Of a DNA stretch of 64,000 nt, positions 33,182-43,888 are shown one piece after another. The stretch's first letter is position 1. Each line of letters begins with the position of its first letter. This stretch comes from Deferribacterales bacterium (GTDB lineage Bacteria > Chrysiogenota > Deferribacteres > Deferribacterales > Geovibrionaceae), in the NCBI GenBank assembly GCA_050251875.1, contig JBFWMA010000001.1:433587-497586 (forward strand), given 5' to 3'. Position numbers and translations under genes: made by a program. The notes under the pieces were generated by a model. That model had not been told where the DNA came from. It made no database searches and saw only the letters and a list, made by a program, of their open reading frames with translations.

Positions 33182-33211
33182 AAAAAAAAGGCGGTCATGC
33201 AGACCGCCTTT
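33182..33211 (-). terminator. Intrinsic terminator of the pilin-like gene
   Basis: A8-GGCGGTC-ATGCA-GACCGCC. Confidence 0.8.
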
Positions 33212-33231
33212 AATATTTTTGTTATGCTCTC

Positions 33232-33744
33232 TTAGTCCAGAGGCATGCAGATAGTTGATGTTGTGGCGCCTTCTGCTGTGGCATAGCGCAGGTTGCCTGT
33301 CGTTGCTGTATCGTTATCGAAACTTTTGTCCAGAGACACAGCGTATGCTGTTGTTACAGAGTCGCAGATTACATATGTACCGGAAAACTTATTAGCTGAG
33401 CCGAGAGCTGATGATCCGCCGTCATTGGCTACAGTCAGAGCTGTGCCGAAAGCGTCTTTAGGAGCGTTGGCAGATGTGCCGAAGAAAGAGTTTCCGCCAT
33501 TGTAAAGGTCGTCCCAGAAGTTAGCCGAAGACCATGTGCTTCCGCCTTTGAAACCGGGGGCAACGCCGTTTCTGTCATAATATGCGAGATATCCGGTCTG
33601 TATGTTTTGAAAGTCCCTATATACCCTTTTCAGTTTGGCGTTGTTAAGAAGTTCTGTTCCCTTGATAACGCCGCCTAAGATAACGCCGATAATCATAAGA
33701 ACGATCGCAAGTTCCACAAGTGTAAAGCCTTTGTTGTTTTTCAT
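33232..33744 (-). CDS. Type IV pilin/pseudopilin-like protein
   Basis: Class III signal MKNNKG|FTLVE, hydrophobic helix, C-terminal Cys pair; SD GGAGG. Confidence 0.88.
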   Translation of the reverse strand: MKNNKGFTLVELAIVLMIIGVILGGVIKGTELLNNAKLKRVYRDFQNIQTGYLAYYDRNGVAPGFKGGSTWSSANFWDDLYNGGNSFFGTSANAPKDAFGTALTVANDGGSSALGSANKFSGTYVICDSVTTAYAVSLDKSFDNDTATTGNLRYATAEGATTSTICMPLD

Positions 33745-33951
33745 AATAAAAAACCTCCATTGAATTAAACGAACTACCAATAATACCTCTATTAAAAGAA
33801 AAATCAATATACAATAGGTGTTGTCGGATAAAACTATGATGTATTCACATATATAGCGCTTGAAATAAATTTGATAATAAATATGTTGAAACCTGTGACC
33901 TATTGTGATATAACCCTTGTTCCGTACAGAAAAGAACCGAGGTAAAGATAG

Positions 33952-34161
33952 ATGAAAAAAGAAGGACATCCCAAAGTTAACAATGTTGTGTTCAAATGCG
34001 CATGCGGCGCTGAAATACCCGCCGTATCAACAGTTAACCCTGATAAGGCTGCTGTTGCCATTTGCTCTTCATGCCACCCCTTCTTCACAGGCAAGCAGAA
34101 GTTCATCGATACTGCCGGCCGTGTAGAAAAATTCATGAAGAAATACAACAAATCAAAATAA
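33952..34161 (+). CDS. rpmE: 50S ribosomal protein L31 (Cys-containing type)
   Basis: [28 protein letters not shown]. Confidence 0.95.
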   Translation: MKKEGHPKVNNVVFKCACGAEIPAVSTVNPDKAAVAICSSCHPFFTGKQKFIDTAGRVEKFMKKYNKSK

Positions 34162-34170
34162 TTATATTGC

Positions 34171-34902
34171 ATGGAAAAAAGCGGCAGCCGCAAGGCGCGG
34201 CTCAACGTAAAACTGATTGCAAACACTCAGGACGGGGAGCTTGTTTCTGCGCTGGCCGCTAAACTGTGCTATTCCGATTCCGACATCGATGGGCTGAAAG
34301 AAAAGCTCGAGGTGAAGGAACAGTCCGATTTTATCCGAAAGATCGTATCCATAGGACACCATTCAGTTTTAGAACACCTTAATTTCACATTCGGCGTGGA
34401 GGGCGTTTCCCGTGCTCTGACCCACCAGCTCGTGCGTCACCGCATAGCCAGCTTCTCTCAGAAATCGCAGAGATACGTCGGACATGGAGACAGCTTTCAG
34501 TATGTCGTGCCTAAGACCATAGAGGCGGATGAAAATCTGCTCGCCGAATATGACAAAGCTATGGACGAGATAGGCAAGATATACGACAGGCTGGCGAAGG
34601 CTGGTGTTCCCGCTGAGGACGCCAGGTATATTCTGCCGAACGGATGCGAAACAAAAATAATCATAACCATGAATGCCCGTGAGCTTCTGCACTTCTTCTC
34701 TGTCCGCTGCTGCGAGAGAGCCCAGTGGGAGATCAGGGACATGTCTTTTGAAATGCTGAAGCTGGCGAAAAAAGCCGCTCCGGCAGTTTTTGAAAATGCC
34801 GGTCCCGGATGCTCCAGAGGAGCATGCCCCGAAGGTGCCTTCACCTGCGGAAAAGCGAAAGAGATCAGAGAAAAATTTCAGAATCCCAAAAACTTTCTTT
34901 AG
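34171..34902 (+). CDS. thyX: FAD-dependent thymidylate synthase
   Basis: GHHSVLEH, RHRIASFSQKSQRY, EDARYILP, AQWEIR. Confidence 0.95.
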   Translation: MEKSGSRKARLNVKLIANTQDGELVSALAAKLCYSDSDIDGLKEKLEVKEQSDFIRKIVSIGHHSVLEHLNFTFGVEGVSRALTHQLVRHRIASFSQKSQRYVGHGDSFQYVVPKTIEADENLLAEYDKAMDEIGKIYDRLAKAGVPAEDARYILPNGCETKIIITMNARELLHFFSVRCCERAQWEIRDMSFEMLKLAKKAAPAVFENAGPGCSRGACPEGAFTCGKAKEIREKFQNPKNFL

Positions 34903-34999
34903 CGTTTTTGTTCATTATTCTTATATTCCCTGAAAGAGTGTAATCCGGACGGCGGTGTGTGATATCGTGCCGCATGCGTGTATCAAAGGAGAAAAGAAC

Positions 35000-35899
35000 A
35001 TGTCGAAACCAAATATAGGCGGACAGGCGGTTATAGAGGGCGTTATGATGAGAGCCCCCGAAAGATTCGTGATAGCCGTCCGCAAGAGCAAAGACGAAAT
35101 CGTCCTCAAGAAAGAGGATGTGAAGATAGACAGAAACAAACTTTTCAAAAAACCGCTTATCAGAGGGCTGATAGCTCTCTATGATTCGCTGATTCTCGGC
35201 ATCAGGGCGCTCAATTTCAGCGCTTATCACTCCACAGGCGAGGGCGAGGAACAGATGAGCAAAGCCGCCACCATTTTCAGTATGGTGACAGGCATAGGTC
35301 TCGGGCTACTGCTTTTCATCTATCTGCCTTTGCAGATAACCGATCTTTTGAAACACCTTATCCCCTCCATAAAAGATTCGTCTCTGATGTATAATGCTGT
35401 GGACGGCGTTATCAGGGTTATATTCTTCGTGGTGTATGTGTGGGCGATATCGTTTCTGAAAGATATCAGGCGGGTTTTCGAATATCACGGCGCCGAGCAC
35501 AAGGCGATATATACATATGAAGAGGGGATGGAGCTGACAGTGGAAAACGCCAGAAAAATGAGCCGTTTTCACCCCAGATGCGGAACCAGCTTTCTGATAA
35601 TCCTGATGCTGGTGTGCATCATGACCTTTTCTCTGATACCCAATGACGCTAACTTTTTTATAAAGCTGGGAGCGAGGCTGGTGTTCATTCCCGTGATAGC
35701 CGGCGTCAGCTATGAGATATTGAAATTCAGCGGGAGACATCATAAACACCCGATAGTCAGGTTTCTTATCGCCCCCGGGCTGATGCTCCAGAAGATAACA
35801 ACCAAAGAGCCGGACGACAGCCAGCTCGAGGTCGCTCTCATCTCCATCAGAGCTTCTTTGGATATGGAGATACCCACAGAGGGAATAACAATAGTCTGA
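35000..35899 (+). CDS. DUF1385 (YqhQ-like) membrane protein
   Basis: IGGQAVIEGVMM, YHGAEHK, HPRCGTSF, TTKEP. Confidence 0.9.
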   Translation: MSKPNIGGQAVIEGVMMRAPERFVIAVRKSKDEIVLKKEDVKIDRNKLFKKPLIRGLIALYDSLILGIRALNFSAYHSTGEGEEQMSKAATIFSMVTGIGLGLLLFIYLPLQITDLLKHLIPSIKDSSLMYNAVDGVIRVIFFVVYVWAISFLKDIRRVFEYHGAEHKAIYTYEEGMELTVENARKMSRFHPRCGTSFLIILMLVCIMTFSLIPNDANFFIKLGARLVFIPVIAGVSYEILKFSGRHHKHPIVRFLIAPGLMLQKITTKEPDDSQLEVALISIRASLDMEIPTEGITIV

Positions 35900-35907
35900 G
35901 GATATAA

Positions 35908-36975
35908 ATGTTTGATAAGTTACAGGAAGTAAAAGAAAGATACGAAGCCCTGACCAAGTCAATGGTCGATCCTGACGTTATAGCCGATCAGGAACTTTTT
36001 ATGAAATCGTCAAAGGACCACGCCGAGATGCGTCCCGTTGTGGAAAAATATGACGAATACATGTCGGTGAAGGAATCTCTGGAAGAGGCGAAGAAAATCA
36101 TCGCCGAATCAAAGGACAAAGAGCTGATAGAGCTCGCCGAAATGGAGCTGGAAGAGAATAAGGACACTCTGGAGAATATGGAGGAGGAGCTTAAAAAACT
36201 TCTTCTGAAAAAAGACCCTTACGATCATAAGAACATCTTTCTGGAGATCAGGGCTGGCACAGGCGGGGACGAAGCGTCTCTTTTCGCCGCTGTTCTGCTG
36301 AAGATGTATACCAGATACGCCGAGATGAACGGCTGGAAAGTTGAGATTGTGGATTTCAACGACACAGGCGTGGGCGGATATAAAGAGGTGGTGGCTCTGG
36401 TGAAGGGGCACGGAGCGTACAGCAAGCTGAAGTTCGAGGCGGGCGGTCACAGGGTGCAGAGAGTGCCGGAGACCGAGTCCGGCGGGCGTATACACACATC
36501 TGCCTGCACAGTGGCTGTTATGCCCGAGGCGGAAGACGTGGACGTGAACATAGAACAGAAGGACATCCGTGTGGACGTTTACCGCTCAGGCGGAGCGGGC
36601 GGACAGCACATCAACACCACAGACTCAGCCGTGCGCATGACTCACATCCCCACCGGAATAGTGGTTACATGTCAGGACGAGAGAAGCCAGATCAAAAACC
36701 GTGAAAAAGCCATGAAACTTCTGAAATCCAGAATTCTGGAAGCGGAAATAACAAGAAAGCAGGCAGAAGAAGCCGCCGCGCGTAAACTGCAAGTGGGTTC
36801 CGGCGACAGAAGCGAAAGGATCAGAACATATAACTTTCCCCAGAACAGGGTGACAGACCACAGAATAAAAGAATCCATGAACCTCGACAGATTTCTTCTG
36901 GGCGAGATGGAATACATGATAGACGCCACCATCGCCTTCGATCAGGCGGAAAGGCTGAGAGAATCAGGTCTTTAA
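35908..36975 (+). CDS. prfA: Peptide chain release factor 1
   Basis: PET motif, GGQ, RIRTYNFPQ. Confidence 0.97.
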   Translation: MFDKLQEVKERYEALTKSMVDPDVIADQELFMKSSKDHAEMRPVVEKYDEYMSVKESLEEAKKIIAESKDKELIELAEMELEENKDTLENMEEELKKLLLKKDPYDHKNIFLEIRAGTGGDEASLFAAVLLKMYTRYAEMNGWKVEIVDFNDTGVGGYKEVVALVKGHGAYSKLKFEAGGHRVQRVPETESGGRIHTSACTVAVMPEAEDVDVNIEQKDIRVDVYRSGGAGGQHINTTDSAVRMTHIPTGIVVTCQDERSQIKNREKAMKLLKSRILEAEITRKQAEEAAARKLQVGSGDRSERIRTYNFPQNRVTDHRIKESMNLDRFLLGEMEYMIDATIAFDQAERLRESGL

Positions 36976-37784
36976 TGAAACTGGCGGAATTCATCGGAGA
37001 ACTCCGTGAAAGTGTTCTGCCCAATTTCAGCGATTCGCTGGAGTTTGTTTCTCACATAACAGGTATCCCTTACAGGGAGCTGTCTCTGCATATGTCTGAC
37101 GATATCATCGTCACAGACGCAACCGAAAAACTCATAGAGAGGCTCAGACAGAAAGAGCCTCTCGCCTATGTTATAAACAATAAAAACTTTTTCGGGCTGG
37201 ATATTTATACAGACCATAGGGCTCTTATTCCAAGACCCGAGACAGAGATTCTGGCGGAAGAGGCTGTGAGGCTGGCGGAAGAGAACGGATACGGCACTAT
37301 GCTGGACATATGCACAGGCTCCGGATGTATCCCTTGCGCCGTGCTGAGCGTATGTCGTGAGATGCGGGCGGATCTGCTGGATATCAGCCGTGACGCTCTC
37401 TATGTGGCGGAGACAAACATCAGCCGATATGCCTGCGGACGGTTTAATCTGGTGCTGGCGGACGCTCTGAGTTACGGATTTCCCAAAAGGTACGATCTGG
37501 TTACCTGCAACCCGCCATATTTGTCGGAATATGAATGGGAAACATCTGATAAATCGTTGAAATTCGAGCCTAAAAACGCCCTTAGCGCCGGAGATGACGC
37601 AGTGGTGTTCTACAAAAAATTAATAGACATGATACCTTATTTGTGTAATAAAAATGGTGCGGCACTTTTTGAGCTGGGAGCGGGGCAGGCGGATATAATC
37701 CGCGGTCTTTTTCCGGACGGAAAGTTTCGTTTCATCAGAGACTATCAGAATATAGAAAGGGTACTCGTTTGGATAAACTCGTAA
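36975..37784 (+). CDS. prmC: Release factor glutamine methyltransferase
   Basis: LIPRPETE, DICTGSG, NPPY. Confidence 0.93.
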   Translation: MKLAEFIGELRESVLPNFSDSLEFVSHITGIPYRELSLHMSDDIIVTDATEKLIERLRQKEPLAYVINNKNFFGLDIYTDHRALIPRPETEILAEEAVRLAEENGYGTMLDICTGSGCIPCAVLSVCREMRADLLDISRDALYVAETNISRYACGRFNLVLADALSYGFPKRYDLVTCNPPYLSEYEWETSDKSLKFEPKNALSAGDDAVVFYKKLIDMIPYLCNKNGAALFELGAGQADIIRGLFPDGKFRFIRDYQNIERVLVWINS

Positions 37785-39028
37785 TCGAAGGCGGACACGA
37801 ACTAAACGGCACGATCCGCATCAGCGGGGCGAAGAATGCCGCTCTCCCCATCCTCTCCGCGGTAATACTGGCAGACGGTCAGTTCAAAATAGCGGAAGCT
37901 CCCGAACTGGTGGATATCTCCACCATGCTTAAATTGTTAAACGAATTCGGCATTACATCTGTCAGGGAAGGGAAATCCGTCACGCTGAACAGCGAGTTCT
38001 GTCCCGAAAAATACATAGCTCCCTATGAGCTGGTGAAGACCATGAGAGCCAGCGTGCTGACTCTGGGACCGCTTCTCGCCAGAAAGAAGAAGGCGAAAGT
38101 ATCTCTGCCGGGCGGCTGCGCCATCGGCGAGCGTCCCGTTGACCTGCACCTGAAGGCTCTGGAGGCTATGGGCGCCACTGTAAACGTGGAACACGGATAC
38201 ATTGAGGCGGAATGTGAAAGACTGAAAGGCGCTGAGATCGCCTTTGACATAGTGACCGTGACAGGCACAGAGAATATAATGATGGCAGCCACTCTGGCGG
38301 AGGGCGAAACCATCTTGCGCAACGCCGCACAGGAGCCGGAGGTCGTTGACCTTGCCAGATTCCTGAAAAAGATGGGCGCTAAGATCGAGGGCGAAGGCAC
38401 GAAAGAGATACGCATAAAAGGTGTGGAGAGACTCTCCAGCGCCGATTATACCGTTATGCCAGACCGCATAGAGGCAGGCACTTTTATCTGCTGTGTGGCA
38501 GGAGCGGGCGGATGCGTGGAGCTGACAAACGTCCCCGTGGACGAGATGCGCACTACTCTGGATAAACTCGCCGAAACAGGGCTGAAGATAGAAAAGATAA
38601 ACGACAGAACGCTGAAAGTGACAACTGGCGGCAAGATAGGTTCTACAGATGTCACAACCCAGCCTTATCCCGGGTTTGCCACCGATATGCAGGCACAGTT
38701 CATGGTGCTGATGTGTATGGCGGACGGGGTGTCTGTTGTAACCGAGACCATTTTTGAAAACAGGTTCATGCACGTTGCCGAGCTGAAAAGAATGGGAGCG
38801 GATATAAAACTTAAAGATAAATCTGCTATAATAAAAGGCGTGGATAAACTGACGGGCGCTCCCGTTATGGCTTCTGATCTCAGAGCCAGCGCCAGTCTTG
38901 TGATTGCCGGGCTGATGGCTGACGGCGTTACCGAGATATCCAGACTGTATCATCTGGACAGAGGATACGAGGATTTCGTGGAAAAACTGGCCGGAGTGGG
39001 CGCTGTGCTCAGACGGGAAAAGGAATAA
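37769..39028 (+). CDS. murA: UDP-N-acetylglucosamine 1-carboxyvinyltransferase
   Basis: GAKNAALP, PGGCAIGERP, DRIEAGT, DLRASA. Confidence 0.97.
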   Translation: MDKLVIEGGHELNGTIRISGAKNAALPILSAVILADGQFKIAEAPELVDISTMLKLLNEFGITSVREGKSVTLNSEFCPEKYIAPYELVKTMRASVLTLGPLLARKKKAKVSLPGGCAIGERPVDLHLKALEAMGATVNVEHGYIEAECERLKGAEIAFDIVTVTGTENIMMAATLAEGETILRNAAQEPEVVDLARFLKKMGAKIEGEGTKEIRIKGVERLSSADYTVMPDRIEAGTFICCVAGAGGCVELTNVPVDEMRTTLDKLAETGLKIEKINDRTLKVTTGGKIGSTDVTTQPYPGFATDMQAQFMVLMCMADGVSVVTETIFENRFMHVAELKRMGADIKLKDKSAIIKGVDKLTGAPVMASDLRASASLVIAGLMADGVTEISRLYHLDRGYEDFVEKLAGVGAVLRREKE

Positions 39029-39660
39029 TGAGAAACGATAACTGTATTAATGTCGCCCTGCCCAAAGGCAGACTGGCGGAAGACACCATAGATCTTTTTC
39101 TGAAAAAAGGGATCACTAAAGAAGGGGTTGTGGATTTCAACTCCCGCATGCTCACCTTCTATGACGAAGAGAACAATATTAAATTCATGATGGTACGCAA
39201 CATGGACGTATCCACATATGTCAAACACGGCGCCGCCGATATCGGCGTTGTGGGCAAGGACATACTGCTGGAATCCGCCTGTGATGTTTACGAATATCTG
39301 GATCTGGGGTTTGGATACTGCCGCCTGTGCGTGGCGGGCGTCAAAGACTCCGATCTGTCATATCGCCACGATATGGTTGTAGCGACAAAATATCCCACAC
39401 TCACAAAGAACTTTTTTGCGGGTAAGGGTGTCTTCATAGAGACTATTAAGCTGTACGGCTCTATAGAGCTTTCACCGATAGTCGGATTGTCCGACTTCAT
39501 TGTCGATCTGGTATCCACAGGTCAGACTCTGAAAAAGAACGGGCTGGTTGAGGTTGAGACGATGCTCGAATCCACCGCCAGACTCATAGGCAACAAAAGT
39601 ATGGCTAAAGTTAAATATGCTAGAATCAAGGAAATACTGGATGTAGTGGAGTCAGCATGA
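39028..39660 (+). CDS. hisG: ATP phosphoribosyltransferase, short form
   Basis: ALPKGRL, ATKYP, IVDLVSTGQTL; 210 aa with no regulatory domain. Confidence 0.93.
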   Translation: MRNDNCINVALPKGRLAEDTIDLFLKKGITKEGVVDFNSRMLTFYDEENNIKFMMVRNMDVSTYVKHGAADIGVVGKDILLESACDVYEYLDLGFGYCRLCVAGVKDSDLSYRHDMVVATKYPTLTKNFFAGKGVFIETIKLYGSIELSPIVGLSDFIVDLVSTGQTLKKNGLVEVETMLESTARLIGNKSMAKVKYARIKEILDVVESA

Positions 39661-41897
39661 GACGTAATTTTTTTTTTATAACCCTCGTATTCCTCTTTTC
39701 TCTTAATGCCTTTGCCGCCTCGATAGACTCAGTGGTTATCAAAGGAAACCGCAGAGTACCCACCCAGACACTTCAGAAATATACTGTTCACGAAGGACGT
39801 GAGTTCAATCTCGCCGAAGTGGACAAAAGCGTTAAAGATCTTTTCGCTTCCGGTCTGGTTACCGATGTCAAAGTTGACATGCGTGTGGATGACGACAGGC
39901 TGGTTCTGGTATATGACATTAAGGAAAAGCCCTATGTGAACAAGGTTTACTTCAACGGTAACACACAGGTCAAAACCCGTATTCTGGAAGAGGCCATCAC
40001 TCCCATGTCCGGTCAGCTTCTGGACAGCAAAAAGGTTGAGTCCAACCTGCAGCTGGTTCAGGAGAAATATTCCGAAGAAAAATTCTATTCAGCCAAGATA
40101 ACCGCCGAAGTGGAGGACAGAGGCAACAACTCTGTTGACGTTGTTTACTCCGTTAACGAAGGCGCTCAGGCTAAAATATACGATATCAAAATCGAAGGGA
40201 ACAAACACTTCAAAACAAAAGCGATCCTGAAAGAGATCGAAACCTCTAAGAAAGGATTCTGGTCATTCCTCTCCGGCTCAGGAACTCTGAAGAAAACAGA
40301 GCTGAGAACAGATATTGAGCGCATCAGAGCTATGTATCTCAGAGACGGATACGCCAGAGTGATCGTGGGCGACCCCGATATCAAACTTTCTGACGACAGA
40401 AAGAAAATCTACGTTACTATAAAAATCAATGAAGGCATCAGATATAAAATATCTCAGATAGAGTTCGCCGGATATGAGCACGCCAAGCTGGAAGACCTCC
40501 AGAAGTCAGTCGCTCTGAAAACCGGAGACTTCTTCAATGTGGAAAGATTTCAGGATGACGTTAAATCAGTTACATCCGTTTTCACAAAAATAGGTTATGC
40601 CTACGCTAACGTCTCTCCCAACACCAGCATGAATGACGAGACAGAGACCATCTCCATCAGATATGATGTGGAGGAGAACCATCTCGTATATATCAACAGA
40701 ATCAACATCAGAGGAAACACCAAGTCGAGAGACAGGGTTATCAGAAGAGAGTTTGACATTGTTGAGGGCGAGCTCTACAACAGCAGGCTGATAGACGACT
40801 CCAGAAGACACCTTGAGTTCACCGACTATTTCGACTCCGTAAGGGTGGCTGAAAAACGTGTGGGCGAAGACACCATAGATCTTGATGTTGATGTGAACGA
40901 CAAAATGACCGGTATGTTCAGCATCGCCGCCGGTTACTCTACCATCGACAAGTTCATCGGTACAGTGTCTCTGACACAGAAGAACCTGTTCGGTCTGGGA
41001 TATGAGCTGACTACAAAAGGCGAGTTCTCCAGCTCATCCACCAACTATACCGTCAGCTTTGTTAACCCCTGGCTGTTCGACAAACCCTACAGCTTCGGCG
41101 TGGATCTGTTCAACACCAAAAGGGAATATGACGAATACACCAAAAGATCACAGGGTTTTGCTCTGTCTGTGGGTCATCAGCTTATAAAAAGAAGACTCTA
41201 CGGAACTATCAAATATAAATATGAAGACAACGAACTGACCGACCTCGATGACAATGTCGCTGACATCATCAGGGCTCAGGAAGGAAAATCAAAAATCATC
41301 AGTATCACTCCCATGCTGAAGTGGTCTTCCACAAACCACCCCTATCTGCCGACAAGGGGTAACCAGACCAGCGTCTTCGTGAAGATGGCGGGCGGTCCTC
41401 TGGGCGGAACATATGACTTCGCCAAGGTGGGAGCGGACACAACCCAGTATGTGACAGTGATAGGAAAACTCGTTTTCATGGCTCACCTTGAAGCGGGTAT
41501 GATAAAAATGTTCGATGACAACGATGCTCCCATCGCCGAGCGTTACAGAATGGGCGGTATGTACAGCATCAGGGGTTACGATTACGGAGATATCTCTCCC
41601 GTGGATGATGACGGCAACAAGTTCGGCGGTACAAAATACATCCAGAACAACTTCGAACTGGTGTTCCCGCTGGTTACCAGTGTTCAGCTGATGGGTGTTA
41701 TGTTCTTCGATCAGGGTCAGGCATACGGCGAGGATGAGACATTCCTCGGCAGAGAGCTTGCCAGATCATACGGCGCGGGCGTTCGCTGGTACAGCCCCAT
41801 CGGACCGCTTAGATTCGAATACGGTATACCGATCAATCCCGAAGACGGTCTTACAGACCACGGCAGATGGGAATTCTCCATCGGCGGTATGATATAA
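39657..41897 (+). CDS. bamA: Outer membrane protein assembly factor BamA
   Basis: POTRA repeats, IRGY motif, WYSPIGPLRF. Confidence 0.95.
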   Translation: MRRNFFFITLVFLFSLNAFAASIDSVVIKGNRRVPTQTLQKYTVHEGREFNLAEVDKSVKDLFASGLVTDVKVDMRVDDDRLVLVYDIKEKPYVNKVYFNGNTQVKTRILEEAITPMSGQLLDSKKVESNLQLVQEKYSEEKFYSAKITAEVEDRGNNSVDVVYSVNEGAQAKIYDIKIEGNKHFKTKAILKEIETSKKGFWSFLSGSGTLKKTELRTDIERIRAMYLRDGYARVIVGDPDIKLSDDRKKIYVTIKINEGIRYKISQIEFAGYEHAKLEDLQKSVALKTGDFFNVERFQDDVKSVTSVFTKIGYAYANVSPNTSMNDETETISIRYDVEENHLVYINRINIRGNTKSRDRVIRREFDIVEGELYNSRLIDDSRRHLEFTDYFDSVRVAEKRVGEDTIDLDVDVNDKMTGMFSIAAGYSTIDKFIGTVSLTQKNLFGLGYELTTKGEFSSSSTNYTVSFVNPWLFDKPYSFGVDLFNTKREYDEYTKRSQGFALSVGHQLIKRRLYGTIKYKYEDNELTDLDDNVADIIRAQEGKSKIISITPMLKWSSTNHPYLPTRGNQTSVFVKMAGGPLGGTYDFAKVGADTTQYVTVIGKLVFMAHLEAGMIKMFDDNDAPIAERYRMGGMYSIRGYDYGDISPVDDDGNKFGGTKYIQNNFELVFPLVTSVQLMGVMFFDQGQAYGEDETFLGRELARSYGAGVRWYSPIGPLRFEYGIPINPEDGLTDHGRWEFSIGGMI

Positions 41898-41934
41898 GTC
41901 TTTTAACTATGTAATCTCAGGAGGAAGTAGATAC

Positions 41935-42450
41935 ATGAAAACCAAACTTTTTTTACTGCTTGTAGTTATGACAGTTTTTTCCGCGACAGCATTTGCTAAA
42001 ATAGGCGTGCTTGACTTTCAGAAAGTTCTGAAAGAGTCTGCCGGAGGCAAAGACGTTTATTCTAAACTGAAGAGCAAAGCTGACGAGTATGACAATAAAC
42101 TCACAGGCGTGGGCGAGACAATCAAAAAAATGCAGCAGGAATACGCCGCTAAAGAGAGCGTGTATGACGATGCCGCAAAAGATAAAAAGAGAAGCGATAT
42201 CCAGAAACAGATCAGAGATTTCAACCAGTCTAAAGAAGATTACGGCAAAGAGCTGAAAAGACTGGAAATGAGATATCTGAAAACTATTCAGGATGATGTT
42301 CTGAAAATATGCGAGGCTATGGGAAAAGAGCTTGATCTGGAAGTCATCCTCGAGGTGAACAACTCAGGCGTTCTTTACATGAGCCCCAAAATAGATATCA
42401 CAGACAACGTGATTCAGCGTTACAACAACGTATTTAAACAGAAAAAATGA
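41935..42450 (+). CDS. skp: OmpH/Skp periplasmic chaperone
   Basis: Signal peptide, KIGVLDFQKV, DITDNVI; between bamA and lpxD. Confidence 0.88.
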   Translation: MKTKLFLLLVVMTVFSATAFAKIGVLDFQKVLKESAGGKDVYSKLKSKADEYDNKLTGVGETIKKMQQEYAAKESVYDDAAKDKKRSDIQKQIRDFNQSKEDYGKELKRLEMRYLKTIQDDVLKICEAMGKELDLEVILEVNNSGVLYMSPKIDITDNVIQRYNNVFKQKK

Positions 42451-43463
42451 AATCCTCTGAAATAGCGTCAAAGCTCGGACTCACACTTAAGGGTGCTGAT
42501 GCTGAGGTTTTAAAAGTCTGTTCATACGAAGATATACAAAAAGGGGCAATTGTGCCCCTTTTTGACAAAAATATCCCCGAAGACGTATACGGTTCCGATG
42601 CGTCTGTTTTTCTGATGAAAACAGGCAGCGAGCCTGACAACGGCAGAACATATCTGCTGGCGGATGACGCCGAAACGGCTCTGGTGAGCGTGATTAATCT
42701 GCTCTATCCGAAAAAGTCAGCGCCCGCCGGTGTTCATCCCTCCGCCTTTGTGGCTGATTCAGCCGAGCTGGGCGAGGGTGTCAGCATAGGAGCTTTCGCT
42801 TACATAGGCGAAAACGCCGTGATAGGCAGCGGTAGCGTCATTCACAACAATGTCAGCATAGCGGACGGTGTTGTTCTGGGCAAAGACTGCGAAATATTTC
42901 CCAATGTCAGCATCTATTCCGGAACAAGAACAGGCGACAGAGTAATGATCCACTCCGGCACCGTGATCGGGGCGGATGGTTTCGGATATTATTTCAAAAA
43001 AGGCGTACATGTAAAAATCCCCCACATCGGCGGAGTATATCTCGGCAACGATGTGGAGATCGGTTCCAACACCTGTGTGGACAGGGGAAAATTCTCCGAC
43101 ACTGTTCTGGGTGACGGAACCAAGATAGACAATCAGGTGCAGATAGCCCATAACTGCGTCCTCGGCAGAGGATGCATCATGGCAGGACACGCCGCTCTGG
43201 CGGGAAGCACCACAATGGGCGACTATGTTATCATGGGCGCCAGAGCAGGTTCGGCAGGACATGTCAAAATCTGTTCAGAAACGATACTCGCCGCTCAGTG
43301 CGGGGTTATCTCCGACATAGAGAAACCCGGCATATACGCTGGGGCGCCGCACACAGCCAGAAAATCATGGATGAGAGAGCAGGTTCTCATAAGAAAACTG
43401 CCTGATTTCGTTAAAAGAATCGAAGACATAGAGAGGAAACTTAAAGATGCAGATGGACATTAA
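42447..43463 (+). CDS. lpxD: UDP-3-O-acylglucosamine N-acyltransferase
   Basis: Hexapeptide repeats, [18 protein letters not shown]. Confidence 0.95.
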   Translation: MKSSEIASKLGLTLKGADAEVLKVCSYEDIQKGAIVPLFDKNIPEDVYGSDASVFLMKTGSEPDNGRTYLLADDAETALVSVINLLYPKKSAPAGVHPSAFVADSAELGEGVSIGAFAYIGENAVIGSGSVIHNNVSIADGVVLGKDCEIFPNVSIYSGTRTGDRVMIHSGTVIGADGFGYYFKKGVHVKIPHIGGVYLGNDVEIGSNTCVDRGKFSDTVLGDGTKIDNQVQIAHNCVLGRGCIMAGHAALAGSTTMGDYVIMGARAGSAGHVKICSETILAAQCGVISDIEKPGIYAGAPHTARKSWMREQVLIRKLPDFVKRIEDIERKLKDADGH

Positions 43464-43884
43464 AGAAATAATGAAAAAGCTCCCCCACAGATATCCTTTT
43501 CTGCTGGTGGACAAAATAACAGAGATGGACAGCGAGAGCATCACCGGAATAAAAAACGTGACTATGAACGAGCCCTTCTTTCAGGGACATTTTCCGGACT
43601 ATCCCGTTATGCCCGGTGTTCTGATAATAGAGGCTATGGCTCAGGTGGCAGGTATCCACACCATCTCCACAGCGGAGAATGTTCCCGATAACGTCCTTTT
43701 CTTCTTCATGGGAGTGGACGGAGTGAAATTCAGAAAACAGGTCGTCCCCGGCGATCAGCTCGTTATGAAGATAACAGTTCTGAAAAAGAAGAGAGATCTG
43801 GTAAAAGCAAAAGGAGAAGCCTATGTAGACGGCGTGCTTGCCTGCGAGGGAGAGCTCACCGCAATAATGAGAGGCTCAGAGTAA
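43447..43884 (+). CDS. fabZ: 3-hydroxyacyl-ACP dehydratase
   Basis: [30 protein letters not shown]. Confidence 0.97.
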   Translation: MQMDIKEIMKKLPHRYPFLLVDKITEMDSESITGIKNVTMNEPFFQGHFPDYPVMPGVLIIEAMAQVAGIHTISTAENVPDNVLFFFMGVDGVKFRKQVVPGDQLVMKITVLKKKRDLVKAKGEAYVDGVLACEGELTAIMRGSE

Positions 43885-43888
43885 ATAT

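Noticed and set aside
33232..33744. Electrically conductive pilin hypothesis
   Set aside because: Aromatic content is about 11-12% by hand count, but there are no aromatics between mature positions 1 and 36, unlike Geobacter-type PilA.
33745..33969. 75-aa N-terminal extension of the pilin ORF
   Set aside because: The SD and class III signal place the start at 33744; the extension is AT-rich intergenic DNA overlapping rpmE.
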